Of a DNA stretch of 64,000 nt, positions 29,371 through 40,195 are shown piece by piece. The stretch is from an uncultured Nitrospiraceae bacterium (GTDB lineage: Bacteria; Nitrospirota; Thermodesulfovibrionia; Thermodesulfovibrionales; Dissulfurispiraceae): contig CAVSHF010000003.1 in NCBI GenBank assembly GCA_963727805.1, positions 1,184,001 through 1,248,000 of the forward strand, written 5' to 3'. Numbering within the stretch: position 1 is the stretch's first letter; the number at the start of each line of letters is the position of its first letter. Below the pieces are notes generated by a model, which saw only the letters and a list, made by a program, of their open reading frames with translations, was not told the DNA's origin and searched no databases. The position numbers were made by a program, and so were the translations under genes.

Positions 29371-30492
29371 TCAGTTCAGCTCTACCAGCTCGTAATCCCT
29401 ATTGCCGAGGCCGAGTCGAACAGCCTCTTCTAACTGAAGCATATAGGGTTTATGGTGAATTTTCATTAAGATATCCTCTCCATCCACTATATTCTCATCC
29501 GCAGCAACAGAGGAAGGCAATGGCTTCGAATGAAGCAGCATATCGATAGATGCCTGTTCGATCGCCACAATATCAGCCGAAATAAGGATACCCAAATCCT
29601 GAATAACCGGCACTTCTGCAGCGGGCATGCAGTCACATTCTGGCTGTATTTCGGTCAGAAAATTGATGTACAAAACCTTTCCTGTCTTGAAAGTGCCAAG
29701 CACAGCCCTTGTCGCTTCGGCGAGAGATTTCATGAAAAGTTCATCATCCCCAGGAAGGGTCAGGCCTCCTTCCGGGCAGACCCTCGTGCATCTTCCGCAG
29801 CGCCAGCATCGTTCGTTGTCATATGTCAGGCATCCATCTTTGAACTCGATGCAGTCGAGGGGGCAAATCTCTTCACATTGATAGCAGAACGTGCACTTCT
29901 GTTCATCCCAAATGAGCTTTCCCTCTCCAATGGTATGCATGGCACCCCTGCCGCATTTCCATCCGCAATGCCGATGTCGTGCACTTACTCCGCCCATCGC
30001 CAGATTCTTGATGGCACCGGCATATCCCGCATTGATATGCCCTTTTACGTGGGAACAGACCACCATTGCAGGAACATCGTGGATCACCGAGGCGATGGCG
30101 ATCTCCCCGAGGATGTCCCCTGCTTGCACCATAATGTTATCTTGCCCATAAAGGCCATCGGCAAGCACCACGGGTGCTCCAACCGAGAGCTGGTTGATTC
30201 CGTTCTGATTCGCGACTTCAATATAATCGAGGCCCATAATTCGCACCGTATCGGTCACAAAGGGTTTTGTCCCCGCCATTTTCAGGGCATCGACTACTTT
30301 TCTTAGGAATATTGACCGCACTATCCGGTGAGCTCCCTCTGACCCGAAGTGGGTCTTTACTGCTACCCATTCTTTGAGCTCAAAATAGCAAGCAAGGTTG
30401 ATTTCCCGCAACAATCGTTCCAGTTTGCCCGGCATGCTCTCAGAATATCTCCACTTCTTTACTCGTGCTGAAGTGAAATAGACTTTAGACAT
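29371..30492 (-). CDS. DUF362 domain 4Fe-4S protein
   Basis: VKTHFG, SHVKGH, GAIKNLAMG, two CxxCxxCxxxCP motifs, CDC; ATG 30492 follows GAAGGAG. Confidence 0.85.
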   Translation of the reverse strand: MSKVYFTSARVKKWRYSESMPGKLERLLREINLACYFELKEWVAVKTHFGSEGAHRIVRSIFLRKVVDALKMAGTKPFVTDTVRIMGLDYIEVANQNGINQLSVGAPVVLADGLYGQDNIMVQAGDILGEIAIASVIHDVPAMVVCSHVKGHINAGYAGAIKNLAMGGVSARHRHCGWKCGRGAMHTIGEGKLIWDEQKCTFCYQCEEICPLDCIEFKDGCLTYDNERCWRCGRCTRVCPEGGLTLPGDDELFMKSLAEATRAVLGTFKTGKVLYINFLTEIQPECDCMPAAEVPVIQDLGILISADIVAIEQASIDMLLHSKPLPSSVAADENIVDGEDILMKIHHKPYMLQLEEAVRLGLGNRDYELVELN

Positions 30493-30641
30493 ATAGACTC
30501 CTTCATACGCTGATGTCATACGCTTCCAAGGGCAAAAGGCTGCAGTTTCAAAATGTCTTCTTGAGCCTCATTTCTTTGTATATTAGATATAGTATATATT
30601 GTATAGTATAGTCTTCAAATTTCATTATAAAGCGGGGGGGA

Positions 30642-33641
30642 ATGAGATATATATATTTTGTCATCGCCTTGCTGATGATGTGCCCGGCGGCTTTTTCGGA
30701 TGCATCGAATGATCCCGGCCTCATTGGACCGGAATACACTCTCTCTGTCTCATGCGATATCCTGCATTCCAGCATCAGAGGACATGCGCGCATCGCTGTC
30801 TCCGGCGATAGAGAACTAGTTTTCAATGTCTCTCATCTCTCAATTCATGACGTGACGATCAACGGCAGAAAAATTGCATTTACTAGCAGCCGAGACACAA
30901 TAAGCATCAAAACCAAGGAAGAAGGGGTGCTCGAAATCGGCTATGAAGGCACCTTCAGGCCATCCAGGGCAGAAGAGGCGAGGGATGATATAATCGATAA
31001 TGTCATCAGCGAACAGGGGATCTCGCTCACCGGGATCTGGTATCCACGCCTCGATGGCCTGATGACTTACAGACTGACCGCTCTCCTGCCCGACAGTTAC
31101 GAGGCAATATCGGAAGCCGAACGCATCGCCTCAACAATAAAGGCTGGAAAGCGGGAGTTTACTTTTTTTTTCGACCATCCAGTTGATCATCTGACATTCG
31201 TTGCGTCAGACAGATACAAAGTACTTCGAGACAGATCCGGAGCCGTCGACCTTTATGCCTATTTCTTCGAAGAAGACCTGGATCTTGCGAAACAGTATGT
31301 CGAACACGCAAAAAAATACATTGATATGTATCGAAAATTGATTTATCCCTATCCGTACCAAAGATTTTCGATAGTCGAAAATATTTTACCCACCGGATAT
31401 TCCATGCCGACCTTCACTCTCCTGGGCCGGGATGTCGTGAAATTGCCCTTTATCGTCGAAACATCGCTCGGCCATGAGATCCTTCATCAATGGTTCGGCA
31501 ATTCCGTGTACGTCGACTACAAAAAAGGCAATTGGTCCGAAGGCCTGACGACCTATCTTTCAGACTATCTTTATGAGGAGCAAAAAGGCAACGGTGCCGA
31601 TTACCGAAAGCAGATAATGATCGATTACCAGAGTTACGTCAACAATGACAATGTCTTTCCGCTCAGGGAGTTCAGGGGAAGGACCGATTTTTCTTCCAAG
31701 ACGATAGGATACGGTAAAGCGGCGATGCTCTTTCACATGTTGAGAAAGGAGCTCGGCGATAACAAGTTCTATGAAGCCCTCAAGGACTTCGTTAAGAAGA
31801 ATTCCTTTAGAATGGCTTCCTGGGGCGCTCTTATCTCATCCTTTGAAACAACATCAGGGATAGAGCTCAAAAATATCGTCAACCAGTGGCTGGATAGACC
31901 GATTATCCCAGAACTGCAGGCCGGAAGAGCTTTAGTGCGACAGAAAGCCGAAGGCTATGAGACATCGTTTTCATTAAAACAAGAAGAGGGACCTTTTAAC
32001 TTGACTGTGCCGATAACTATATATGCCGGGGGCGCCAAAGAGACGATTCCCAGGAAGGTCGACAAAACAGTCAACACCATAACGTTGTACTCAAGAGAAC
32101 GGCCCGAAAAGATCGTTATAGATGAAAATTATGATGTCATGAGAAAGCTTTCCCTCGAAGAATTCCCGCCGATCATCGCACGGATTATCGACGATAAAAG
32201 TCTCGTGGTGGGCCTTCCTGTTTCAAAGAATACTATCTACGAAAATATAATAGATGCCTTCAAGAAAAAGGGAGCAATGATAAAAGAGACTGTAGCCATA
32301 AGCGAGGCCGATCTCAGTAATTCTTCTTTTATCATCCTTGGCGACGACAATCCCCTGTTGGAGAAATTTCGGGGTGTAATCCCCAGAGATACAACCTCCG
32401 GCGGGTTCACTATGTCAGTCGACAAGAATCCGTTCAATGCCGATAAGGTGATCGCTCTCATCAGTGCTGCATCCAGTCAAGAGGCCGACGCGGCTTTTCC
32501 CAAAATATTCCATTATGGAAAATTCAGCCGGCTGGCTTTCAGCAAGGGGAAGAATATACTCAAAGAAACGGCCCCTTCAAAGAGAGGACTGATTATGGAA
32601 CTGGAAACGGACGCGCCGGCGGTACATGTACCCGACGTAAAGAGCCTATCCCAGGTTATAGACAATGTCAGGGATAAGCGCATCGTTTATGTAGGCGAAG
32701 AACATACCAACTATGCCCACCACGCCGTACAGCTCGAGGTTATACAGGGGTTGCTCGAAAAAGACAGAAAGATTGTTATCGGAATGGAGATGTTTCAGAG
32801 ACCTTACCAGTCAGTGCTTGACGACTATATAAATGGGGCCATCGACCGTAAAACATTTTTGAAGAAAACTGAATACTTCGTAAGATGGAGTTTCGATTAT
32901 GAACTTTATAAACAGATCATCGATTTTGCAAGGGAAAACAGGATACCGATTCTCGCCCTCAACATCGAACGCGAAATCGTGGAACTCGTCTCGAAAAATG
33001 GCCTTGATGCCCTGCCCTCTGACCTCAAGGAAAACATCCCTCCCGATATGGATTTTTCCGATGTTCAGTACAGGGAAAGGCTAAAAAAAGTATTTTCCAA
33101 ACATACGTCCCTAAAGGATCGCAACTTCGATTTCTTTTTCCAGTCACAGATTCTCTGGGATGAGACAATGTCACAATCAGCTGATAAATATCTCTCAACA
33201 CATTCCGATTACCGTATGATTATCCTGGCGGGAAGCGGTCACCTGCTGTACGGGTCAGGAATACCCAAGAGGACATTTAGAAGGAACGGACTCAGTTATG
33301 CCGTCATTTTGAGTGATGTTGATCTCGACAAAGACGTAGCCGACTATGTCGTCTTCCCACGGTACACCGAGGGGGCGAAACCGGTACGAATGATGGTACT
33401 CCTGAACGAAGAGAAAGGTAAAGTAACAATAACAGGGTTTCCGGATAATAGTATTTCCAAAAAAGCTGGACTTGAAGAAGGAGATACAATTCTTTCCTTA
33501 GATGAAGTTCCCGTTACAAGCATTGCGGACGTTAAGATATTCCTCGTTGACAAGAAAAAAGGAGATACGATCTGGGTAGAGGTATTGAGAAAAAACGCTG
33601 CAGAAAAAGGAATGCAAACTCAGTTTAAGCTCGTATTATAA
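30642..33641 (+). CDS. M1 family aminopeptidase - ChaN-like - PDZ multidomain protein
   Basis: Signal peptide; HEILH...WSEG zinc motif; VYVGEEH, GMEMF, WDETM, AGSGH ChaN-like motifs; AGLEEGDTI PDZ. Confidence 0.8.
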   Translation: MRYIYFVIALLMMCPAAFSDASNDPGLIGPEYTLSVSCDILHSSIRGHARIAVSGDRELVFNVSHLSIHDVTINGRKIAFTSSRDTISIKTKEEGVLEIGYEGTFRPSRAEEARDDIIDNVISEQGISLTGIWYPRLDGLMTYRLTALLPDSYEAISEAERIASTIKAGKREFTFFFDHPVDHLTFVASDRYKVLRDRSGAVDLYAYFFEEDLDLAKQYVEHAKKYIDMYRKLIYPYPYQRFSIVENILPTGYSMPTFTLLGRDVVKLPFIVETSLGHEILHQWFGNSVYVDYKKGNWSEGLTTYLSDYLYEEQKGNGADYRKQIMIDYQSYVNNDNVFPLREFRGRTDFSSKTIGYGKAAMLFHMLRKELGDNKFYEALKDFVKKNSFRMASWGALISSFETTSGIELKNIVNQWLDRPIIPELQAGRALVRQKAEGYETSFSLKQEEGPFNLTVPITIYAGGAKETIPRKVDKTVNTITLYSRERPEKIVIDENYDVMRKLSLEEFPPIIARIIDDKSLVVGLPVSKNTIYENIIDAFKKKGAMIKETVAISEADLSNSSFIILGDDNPLLEKFRGVIPRDTTSGGFTMSVDKNPFNADKVIALISAASSQEADAAFPKIFHYGKFSRLAFSKGKNILKETAPSKRGLIMELETDAPAVHVPDVKSLSQVIDNVRDKRIVYVGEEHTNYAHHAVQLEVIQGLLEKDRKIVIGMEMFQRPYQSVLDDYINGAIDRKTFLKKTEYFVRWSFDYELYKQIIDFARENRIPILALNIEREIVELVSKNGLDALPSDLKENIPPDMDFSDVQYRERLKKVFSKHTSLKDRNFDFFFQSQILWDETMSQSADKYLSTHSDYRMIILAGSGHLLYGSGIPKRTFRRNGLSYAVILSDVDLDKDVADYVVFPRYTEGAKPVRMMVLLNEEKGKVTITGFPDNSISKKAGLEEGDTILSLDEVPVTSIADVKIFLVDKKKGDTIWVEVLRKNAAEKGMQTQFKLVL

Positions 33642-33719
33642 TCATCGACTGGAATCACATGATCATGCGAAAGCCATTTAATAATAATCGCAAAAGGCAT
33701 CGATGAGGTAAAAAACATC

Positions 33720-35858
33720 ATGGACGGCTTAAAGTTACAGCCTTTTGATCTTCCTGAGAGAATATCGGGGCTTGCGGAACTTTCGTATAATCTCTGGTGG
33801 AGCTGGCATCCAGCGGCACGAATGCTGTTCAAGATGCTCAATCGCGCTGCATGGAAAGAGAGCGGGCACAACCCCGTCAAGATGCTCAATGATCTACCTT
33901 CGGACATTTTTAAGATAGCAGCACAGGACCCTCAATATCTGCGGCACTACGATGCAATCTTGGCCCTATTTCGCAAAGAGATGGATACATCGGGCGGCTG
34001 GTTCTGCCAAAATGTTTCTGATCCTGAGTGTTTGCCGATCGCCTATTTCTCTGCGGAATATGGACTGCAGCATTCCCTGCCATTCTATGCAGGAGGATTG
34101 GGTTTTTTAGCGGGCGATCATCTGAAAGAGTGCAGCGATTTACGCGTGCCGGCGGTCGCCATCGGGTTCATGTATCCTGAAGGATATCTGCGTCAGAAGA
34201 TTCGCGAAGATGGCTGGCAGGAAGGCGTTGACGAAATCCTCGACAGGGATGCGGCACCTATCGAGAGGGTATTCGACGATAAAGGACAACACCTTGTGGT
34301 TAAGGTTCCTTTCATTGATCCACCCGTCTACGTGGCGGTATGGAAAGTGGCTGTCGGACGCATACCGTTATATCTGATGGATGCCGACATCGAGATGAAT
34401 GATCCGTGGAACCGGGCAATATCGGCCCGTCTCTATGCGGGCGATATCGAACTGCGTCTACGTCAGGAAGTTGTACTCGGGATAGGGGGAAGTAAGGTGC
34501 TGGATGTTCTCGGAATAAAGCATTCCATACTTCACCTGAATGAGGGACATCCGGCCTTTGCCATCCTAGAACGGGTTCGGGAGTGCATTGTTGAGGGTAC
34601 TCGTCTGGACGATGCGTTACAGTACGTCAGGGATACCACTGTCTTTACAACCCACACATCTGTTCCGGCAGGCCATGATGTATTCCCCTTTCACCTTATG
34701 GATAAGTATTTCAGCAGTTATTATCCGCTTCTTGGACTCACTCGTGACGCGTTTCTCAAACCGGGTATTCATCCTGAAGCCCCGTCCTCCGGGTTCAACA
34801 TGACTGCCTTCGCCCTAAGAATGTCCAAGTACTGCAATGGCGTTAGCAAAAGACATGGCGAAGTGGCACGTGGTATGTGGCGATCTCTATGGCCCAGCAC
34901 AAAAGATGAGGATATTCCCATCTCTTCAATTACAAACGGTATTCACGTTCCCACATGGATCGAACCAAAAATGGACCTTCTTTTCGACAAATACCTCGGC
35001 CCGGGCTGGCTTGAGGACCATGACAACCCGGCAATTTGGGAGTTGGCATCTGATATACCCGATCAGGAGTTATGGCAGACCCATTACTGGCACAAGATCA
35101 AACTCATTAATTTCATCAGAGATCGCGCCCGCCTGCGATGGGCAGAAGATCACGTAAGCCCGACCAATATCGTCGCCGGGGGGACGCTGCTCGACCCTCT
35201 GGCGCTGACCATCGGATTTGCCCGCCGGTTTGCTACCTATAAAAGGGCTGACCTTATCTTTCACGATCTCGACCGTCTTAAAGTGCTGTTAAATAGCCGC
35301 TGGAGGCCTATCCAGATAGTTTTCGCCGGCAAAGCCCATCCGGCTGATGATCCGGGCAAACGTCTCCTCCAAAAGATCTTCAAATTCGCATGTGACCCGG
35401 AGATGGGGGGCAGAATCGCTTTTGTAGAAAATTATGATGAGCAATTGGCTCAGTACATGACTCATGGGGTAGACGTCTGGCTTAATAATCCGTTGCCGCC
35501 CATGGAGGCAAGTGGGACGAGTGGGATGAAGGCGTCATTGAACGGAGTTCTGAATCTAAGTATTCTCGACGGGTGGTGGCCGGAAGGCTTCAATGGTAAA
35601 AACGGATGGGCTTTTGGACAGGGGCTTACTCTAGAAGGAACGAGAGACGTTTCGGATGCGGAGGAGCTTTATTCAATACTAGAAAAACAGGTTATCCCTC
35701 TCTATTATAAACTCGATGAAGATGGCATTCCTCGAGACTGGATCAAGTTAATGAAAAAAGCGATCATCAGCTTGGCGCCTTCTTTCAGCGCTAGAAGAAT
35801 GGTCAAGGAGTACGTGAATATCTTTTACCGGAACGCTCTCAAATCGGCACTCAAATAA
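33720..35858 (+). CDS. glgP: Alpha-glucan phosphorylase
   Basis: YAGGLG, HLNEGH, ARRFATYKR, EASGTSGMK PLP motif. Confidence 0.95.
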   Translation: MDGLKLQPFDLPERISGLAELSYNLWWSWHPAARMLFKMLNRAAWKESGHNPVKMLNDLPSDIFKIAAQDPQYLRHYDAILALFRKEMDTSGGWFCQNVSDPECLPIAYFSAEYGLQHSLPFYAGGLGFLAGDHLKECSDLRVPAVAIGFMYPEGYLRQKIREDGWQEGVDEILDRDAAPIERVFDDKGQHLVVKVPFIDPPVYVAVWKVAVGRIPLYLMDADIEMNDPWNRAISARLYAGDIELRLRQEVVLGIGGSKVLDVLGIKHSILHLNEGHPAFAILERVRECIVEGTRLDDALQYVRDTTVFTTHTSVPAGHDVFPFHLMDKYFSSYYPLLGLTRDAFLKPGIHPEAPSSGFNMTAFALRMSKYCNGVSKRHGEVARGMWRSLWPSTKDEDIPISSITNGIHVPTWIEPKMDLLFDKYLGPGWLEDHDNPAIWELASDIPDQELWQTHYWHKIKLINFIRDRARLRWAEDHVSPTNIVAGGTLLDPLALTIGFARRFATYKRADLIFHDLDRLKVLLNSRWRPIQIVFAGKAHPADDPGKRLLQKIFKFACDPEMGGRIAFVENYDEQLAQYMTHGVDVWLNNPLPPMEASGTSGMKASLNGVLNLSILDGWWPEGFNGKNGWAFGQGLTLEGTRDVSDAEELYSILEKQVIPLYYKLDEDGIPRDWIKLMKKAIISLAPSFSARRMVKEYVNIFYRNALKSALK

Positions 35859-35894
35859 ACATGCAAAAGATGGGAACAATGTGGCAGCGCTTTC

Positions 35895-36851
35895 TTATAT
35901 TTGATGCAGAGTAAATGATTCAAGTTGCGGCAAGATAGACTCAAAGGCCTCCACTACCCCGGGGTCGAAATACTTGCCCGCGTTTGCCACGATATGCTCG
36001 CACGCCTTTGAAGGAGAAACGCCTTTTCGGTAAGGGCGATCTGACATAAGTGCATCGTAAACATCCGCTACTGCAATGATCCTAGCGCCAAGGGGGATGT
36101 CTTCTCCTACCATCCGATGATAGCCGCTTCCGTCATATTGTTCATGATGGTACAGGATATAGGGTAATATCTGGACAACTTTCCCTCCAAGAGGTTCCAT
36201 AATTTCGACTCCCCGCGTGGTATGGGTCTTTATGATGTCACGCTCCTCACCAGTCAGAGTTCCTATTTTCCGTAAAACTTCATTGCTTACTCCCAGTTTT
36301 CCGAGATCGTGCAGCAATGCCGCTGCCCGGATGTTTTCCACCTCATACTCGGGACACTTCATAGCGCGTGAGAGCATTACGGCTATGGTAGAGACTCTGT
36401 TTGAATGACTCTGCGTCTCCTGATCAACGGAATCGATGATGAGGGAGAGCATCTCCATAATGCCCCGATACGTTGTTTTGATCTCGTCGATGGCTTTTTC
36501 TTTTTTCTCATAGAGATGTCCGATGCAATATCCGGTGACGACAAGAAACCCCGCCCATGTCGCAATATCAAGCCACTTCGAGATGGGATCTTTTGAAACA
36601 CTGAGAAAATTGTCCGGATAAATTAATGATATCAGTACGATTAATAGGACAGAAAATGTAGCAGAAAGCGTCGCATACCTTTTCCCAAAAAAGAATGCTC
36701 CAACAATAACGGGCAGATAAAATAAATTCAGAAAAGCACGCTGATTAGCAATGAAAAAAAAGATAAAGCCAGAGATTGCAACCAAGAGAAAAACAATAAG
36801 CAACTCTTTGTCAACCTTCAAATACGCAGCGATACGTTCCTTCATCCCCAT
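35895..36851 (-). CDS. Membrane-bound HD-GYP phosphodiesterase
   Basis: N-terminal TM helices; LHDLGK, HHEQYDGSGY, ADVYDA, RPYR. Confidence 0.88.
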   Translation of the reverse strand: MGMKERIAAYLKVDKELLIVFLLVAISGFIFFFIANQRAFLNLFYLPVIVGAFFFGKRYATLSATFSVLLIVLISLIYPDNFLSVSKDPISKWLDIATWAGFLVVTGYCIGHLYEKKEKAIDEIKTTYRGIMEMLSLIIDSVDQETQSHSNRVSTIAVMLSRAMKCPEYEVENIRAAALLHDLGKLGVSNEVLRKIGTLTGEERDIIKTHTTRGVEIMEPLGGKVVQILPYILYHHEQYDGSGYHRMVGEDIPLGARIIAVADVYDALMSDRPYRKGVSPSKACEHIVANAGKYFDPGVVEAFESILPQLESFTLHQI

Positions 36852-37323
36852 AGGATAAGCCCTCCGGCAATCAAGTCTATCTGTGAATATGTACTCCCAA
36901 ATCTACCATTTTCTCAATTAAATATCAATAATAACAAGAAGTCATACAGACAAAGGCCTTGAACGTTCAGCAATGCTTAGAGATTACTTGAGTCACGCGA
37001 CTTCATATTGGAAGCTAATACTCTAGCGCTATATGGGACATATTGCATAGTTGCAAATCTAACGTTGCCCCATCTTGCCAGCTCGGTAATAGTTGAATGC
37101 TGTCCCCACGTGGTACATGAGGCTCCGCCGTCTAGCGCCGTGGTTTCTTGGGGGAGTCTCCGGCAGCACAGTCCTAAACACACAGTGCTCTGCCGATAGA
37201 AGACTTCCTCGGCGCAGTCCGTGAGGACATATGGGCGACCACATCATCCACTGGCTTAAAAGCCATGGCGTTTTCTGGCCATCTTTGATAGAGAGAACTC
37301 TATGGGAAACACGTATGTCGGAT

Positions 37324-37578
37324 TCACTTCCTCATCTCGAAGTTCTTGATAAATTGTTCCACCTGAATTCCGAGGTAGACGCATTTTATGTTGTCCATGC
37401 AATCATCTGCATCCTTTTTCTCAAGATGGGTCGTAAGTTCCTTGCCATCTTTCTTGAATTTGATGATCCAGGCATTTTTCCCCTCATCGAAGCTCATTCC
37501 CACGGAGATCCCGTTCTTCCCTATCGCGGGGTACATCTCCAGTATCTTCTCCTCAAGTCCAACTTGCGTGTAGCCCAT
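37324..37578 (-). CDS. Small hypothetical protein
   Basis: Strong AGGAGG SD, 84 aa, globular-protein-like composition. Confidence 0.7.
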   Translation of the reverse strand: MGYTQVGLEEKILEMYPAIGKNGISVGMSFDEGKNAWIIKFKKDGKELTTHLEKKDADDCMDNIKCVYLGIQVEQFIKNFEMRK

Positions 37579-37640
37579 ATTTGCTCCTCCTGTGAATAAA
37601 AGTTCTTTAATCTGTATTTATTCTACCAACCTTTGGAATC

Positions 37641-37669
37641 TTGTCAAGAACAACTCCATCTGTTAAAAT
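37641..37669 (+). promoter_or_regulatory. Putative sigma70 promoter of hflX
   Basis: TTGTCA-N17-TAAAAT with TGn extended -10. Confidence 0.55.
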
Positions 37670-37691
37670 CAACTATAATGAGGTTCTTAAA

Positions 37692-39317
37692 ATAGCGACG
37701 CTTTACGGACATACCACAGGTCTCAAAAAAAGCCTTCTCCAGCTCCTTGAGAAGGTCTATCGCCGCAGGATTCCCCCCGACAAAGTTATAACTCAGGAAC
37801 TTGCCCGTTATCTTGCCGGCATTTCCTTTGAAACGGGCAAGCAGCTCGGCATTGTTGCTAACAGAAGCGGTGCGATCACCCATGTGATTGTAGGAGATGC
37901 GCATGGTGTTTTCATCCCAGAACTGGAAGGCTTCCCGCTCGGAAGAAAAGCCCTTAGGGGATTGCGTTTCATCCACACTCATCTGCGGGATGAGCCGCTC
38001 AATCGTGAAGACATCACGGACCTGGCACTCCTTCGTTTCGACATGATCGCCGCCCTTACCGTCAGGGATGGGCTGCCCGATAAAATCCATTCCGCTCATC
38101 TCATGCCGCAGGGTTCCGAGATAAGACATGAAATCATCTCATCCGATTTTTACCGTTATGATCTGAACTTCGCAGAATTCATCGAGAACCTCGAAGCTGA
38201 GATGGAACGCCAAAGAACGATAAGCCAGCGCGACAAGCGAGAAAGGGCCATCCTCGTCAGTGCATCCACGAAACCGCGGTACGAGCTTGAAGAATCTATG
38301 GAGGAGCTGAAGGAACTCGCTGAATCAAGTGACGTCATCGTACTGGATGCTTTTATCCAGAGACTGAAGGAGATCAACCCGAAATATCTGATGGGTGAGG
38401 GCAAGTTGAAAGAGATAATAATGAACGGCATGGACAAGGGTTCAACTCTCCTCATATTCAATCAGGACCTTTCGCCTTCGCAAATACGGGCCATCACTGA
38501 AACAACCGAACTTAAGGTCATCGACCGTTCGCAACTCATCCTCGATATCTTTGCGCGTAGGGCACACAGCCGGGACGGTAAGGTCCAAGTTGAGCTCGCA
38601 CAGCTCAAATATATGCTCCCGCGCCTTACCGGAAAAGGGACTGCAATGTCACGTCTTATGGGAGGAATCGGTGGAAGGGGCCCAGGCGAGACAAAGCTTG
38701 AGGTCGACAGGCGGCGCATTCGTGAAAAGATTTCTCATCTCGAACGAGAGTTAAAAACACTGAGTGAGGCACGCAAACAGAGAAAACAGCGGAGAGTTGC
38801 GGCAAGGCTGCCGATAGTCTCGATCGTCGGATATACCAATGCCGGCAAATCTACGCTTCTGAACACACTTACGAAAAGCGGCACAGTTGTTGAAGACAAA
38901 ATGTTCGCTACCCTCGACACGGCAAGTAGGCGCCTGCGCTTTCCAAAAGAACGTGAAGTGATCATCACAGACACAGTAGGCTTTATTCGGGACCTACCGA
39001 AAGACCTTATGGCAGCTTTCAAGTCGACCCTTGAGGAACTTGAGGATGCGGACCTCCTTATCCACCTCGTGGACATATCGAATCCCCGCTTTGAACAGCA
39101 CATCGAATCGGTCGAAAACATACTTAAGGACCTCAAGGTGGGAGACAAACCGAAGCTTCTTGTATTTAATAAGGCAGATAAACTCCCCGCCGATACGGTA
39201 ACCCATATCCTTCTACGGTACGATGCAACAGCCGTTTCAGCAACGCGCCCCGAAAGCCTCAGGCCCTTTCTCGGTGCCATTGAAACCCATCTGTGGGAGT
39301 CACAAAACTTCTCTTAA
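37692..39317 (+). CDS. hflX: GTPase HflX (long N-terminal type)
   Basis: GGRGPGET, GYTNAGKS, FATLD, DTVGF, NKAD; start probably ATA 37692 (ORF track gives TTG 37641). Confidence 0.92.
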   Translation: MATLYGHTTGLKKSLLQLLEKVYRRRIPPDKVITQELARYLAGISFETGKQLGIVANRSGAITHVIVGDAHGVFIPELEGFPLGRKALRGLRFIHTHLRDEPLNREDITDLALLRFDMIAALTVRDGLPDKIHSAHLMPQGSEIRHEIISSDFYRYDLNFAEFIENLEAEMERQRTISQRDKRERAILVSASTKPRYELEESMEELKELAESSDVIVLDAFIQRLKEINPKYLMGEGKLKEIIMNGMDKGSTLLIFNQDLSPSQIRAITETTELKVIDRSQLILDIFARRAHSRDGKVQVELAQLKYMLPRLTGKGTAMSRLMGGIGGRGPGETKLEVDRRRIREKISHLERELKTLSEARKQRKQRRVAARLPIVSIVGYTNAGKSTLLNTLTKSGTVVEDKMFATLDTASRRLRFPKEREVIITDTVGFIRDLPKDLMAAFKSTLEELEDADLLIHLVDISNPRFEQHIESVENILKDLKVGDKPKLLVFNKADKLPADTVTHILLRYDATAVSATRPESLRPFLGAIETHLWESQNFS

Positions 39318-39682
39318 CGATGAGGTTTCTGGCGTTTGGCGCCTGGCGTGCCGCTTTTTCTCACTTTGCTCGCACCCTTGGTCTCCCTCCCCTCAAAGCG
39401 CTCCGGATGCGCTCTGTCAGGACTGTTCCGAGTAGATCTCAAACCTTGAGTAGTCGTTTTCACCCTAACCTTTTGTCCGTGGATGAGTTTGCCGTTAAGC
39501 GCTTTGATCGCTGCAGCTCCCTCAGAATCTGTAGGCATGTCAACAAACCCGAATCCCTTTGACTTGCCAGTTAACTGGTCGATGACCACGTTAAGAGACT
39601 TTATCTTTCCAAACGGCAGAAACACTTGCATTAATTCCTTTTCGGTCACTCCCTTGGACAAATTTCGTACTAGTATATTCAT
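39314..39682 (-). CDS. RRM RNA-binding protein
   Basis: ILVRNL (RNP2), KGFGFVDM (RNP1). Confidence 0.9.
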   Translation of the reverse strand: MNILVRNLSKGVTEKELMQVFLPFGKIKSLNVVIDQLTGKSKGFGFVDMPTDSEGAAAIKALNGKLIHGQKVRVKTTTQGLRSTRNSPDRAHPERFEGRETKGASKVRKSGTPGAKRQKPHR

Positions 39683-39696
39683 TTCAACTCCTTACT

Positions 39697-39924
39697 TTAT
39701 TTTTCCTGGATTTTTATGCGAAGATATAAATCCTCAACTTTTTTTCTTGCCCAAGGGCTTTTTCTGAGAAATTTCAAACTGGACATAATACTCGGATCAC
39801 TATTGAAACATCTGATATTGATAATTCTTCCCATTTCATGCCATCCATAATGCTCAACCAGATGGGCAAGAATCATTGCCAGAGTAACGCCGTGAAGACG
39901 ATTATGGGATCGCAGGTCAGTCAT
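39697..39924 (-). CDS. VF530 (DUF2132) family DNA-binding protein
   Basis: LHGVTL...YGW...[18 protein letters not shown]. Confidence 0.85.
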   Translation of the reverse strand: MTDLRSHNRLHGVTLAMILAHLVEHYGWHEMGRIINIRCFNSDPSIMSSLKFLRKSPWARKKVEDLYLRIKIQEK

Positions 39925-40195
39925 ATGCCTGTTTGATTGTTAAATTATTACAGTCCAAGGATGAAAGGGTAGGTGACAGGATAAGGACTGTTTTTCATAC
40001 GTTATCATCGAGTATGTTTGTATAGTATAACGTCTTCAGACACTTTAATACCAATATATCTCATATTTTGGATGACTTTTCGATTCTCACACATGATTGG
40101 CACAGCATTGTCATTCGGCAACATGCATAACGTTTTATGCGATATCAGCCTCCAGCAGGTTTATGATTCCTCTTCTTTAAGGTATAATAAAGACT

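Noticed and set aside
29530..30306. Long antisense ORFs (also 16094-16747, 45242-45979, 46661-47377)
   Set aside because: Shadows of well-supported genes on the opposite strand.
36960..37320. Intergenic ORFs and an imperfect hairpin near 37160-37196
   Set aside because: No tRNA or known ncRNA pattern and no protein motif; a single hairpin is not enough.
40097..40115. Sigma54-like TGGCAC sites (also near 51454, 54133 and 63420)
   Set aside because: None has the required GG-N10-GC spacing.
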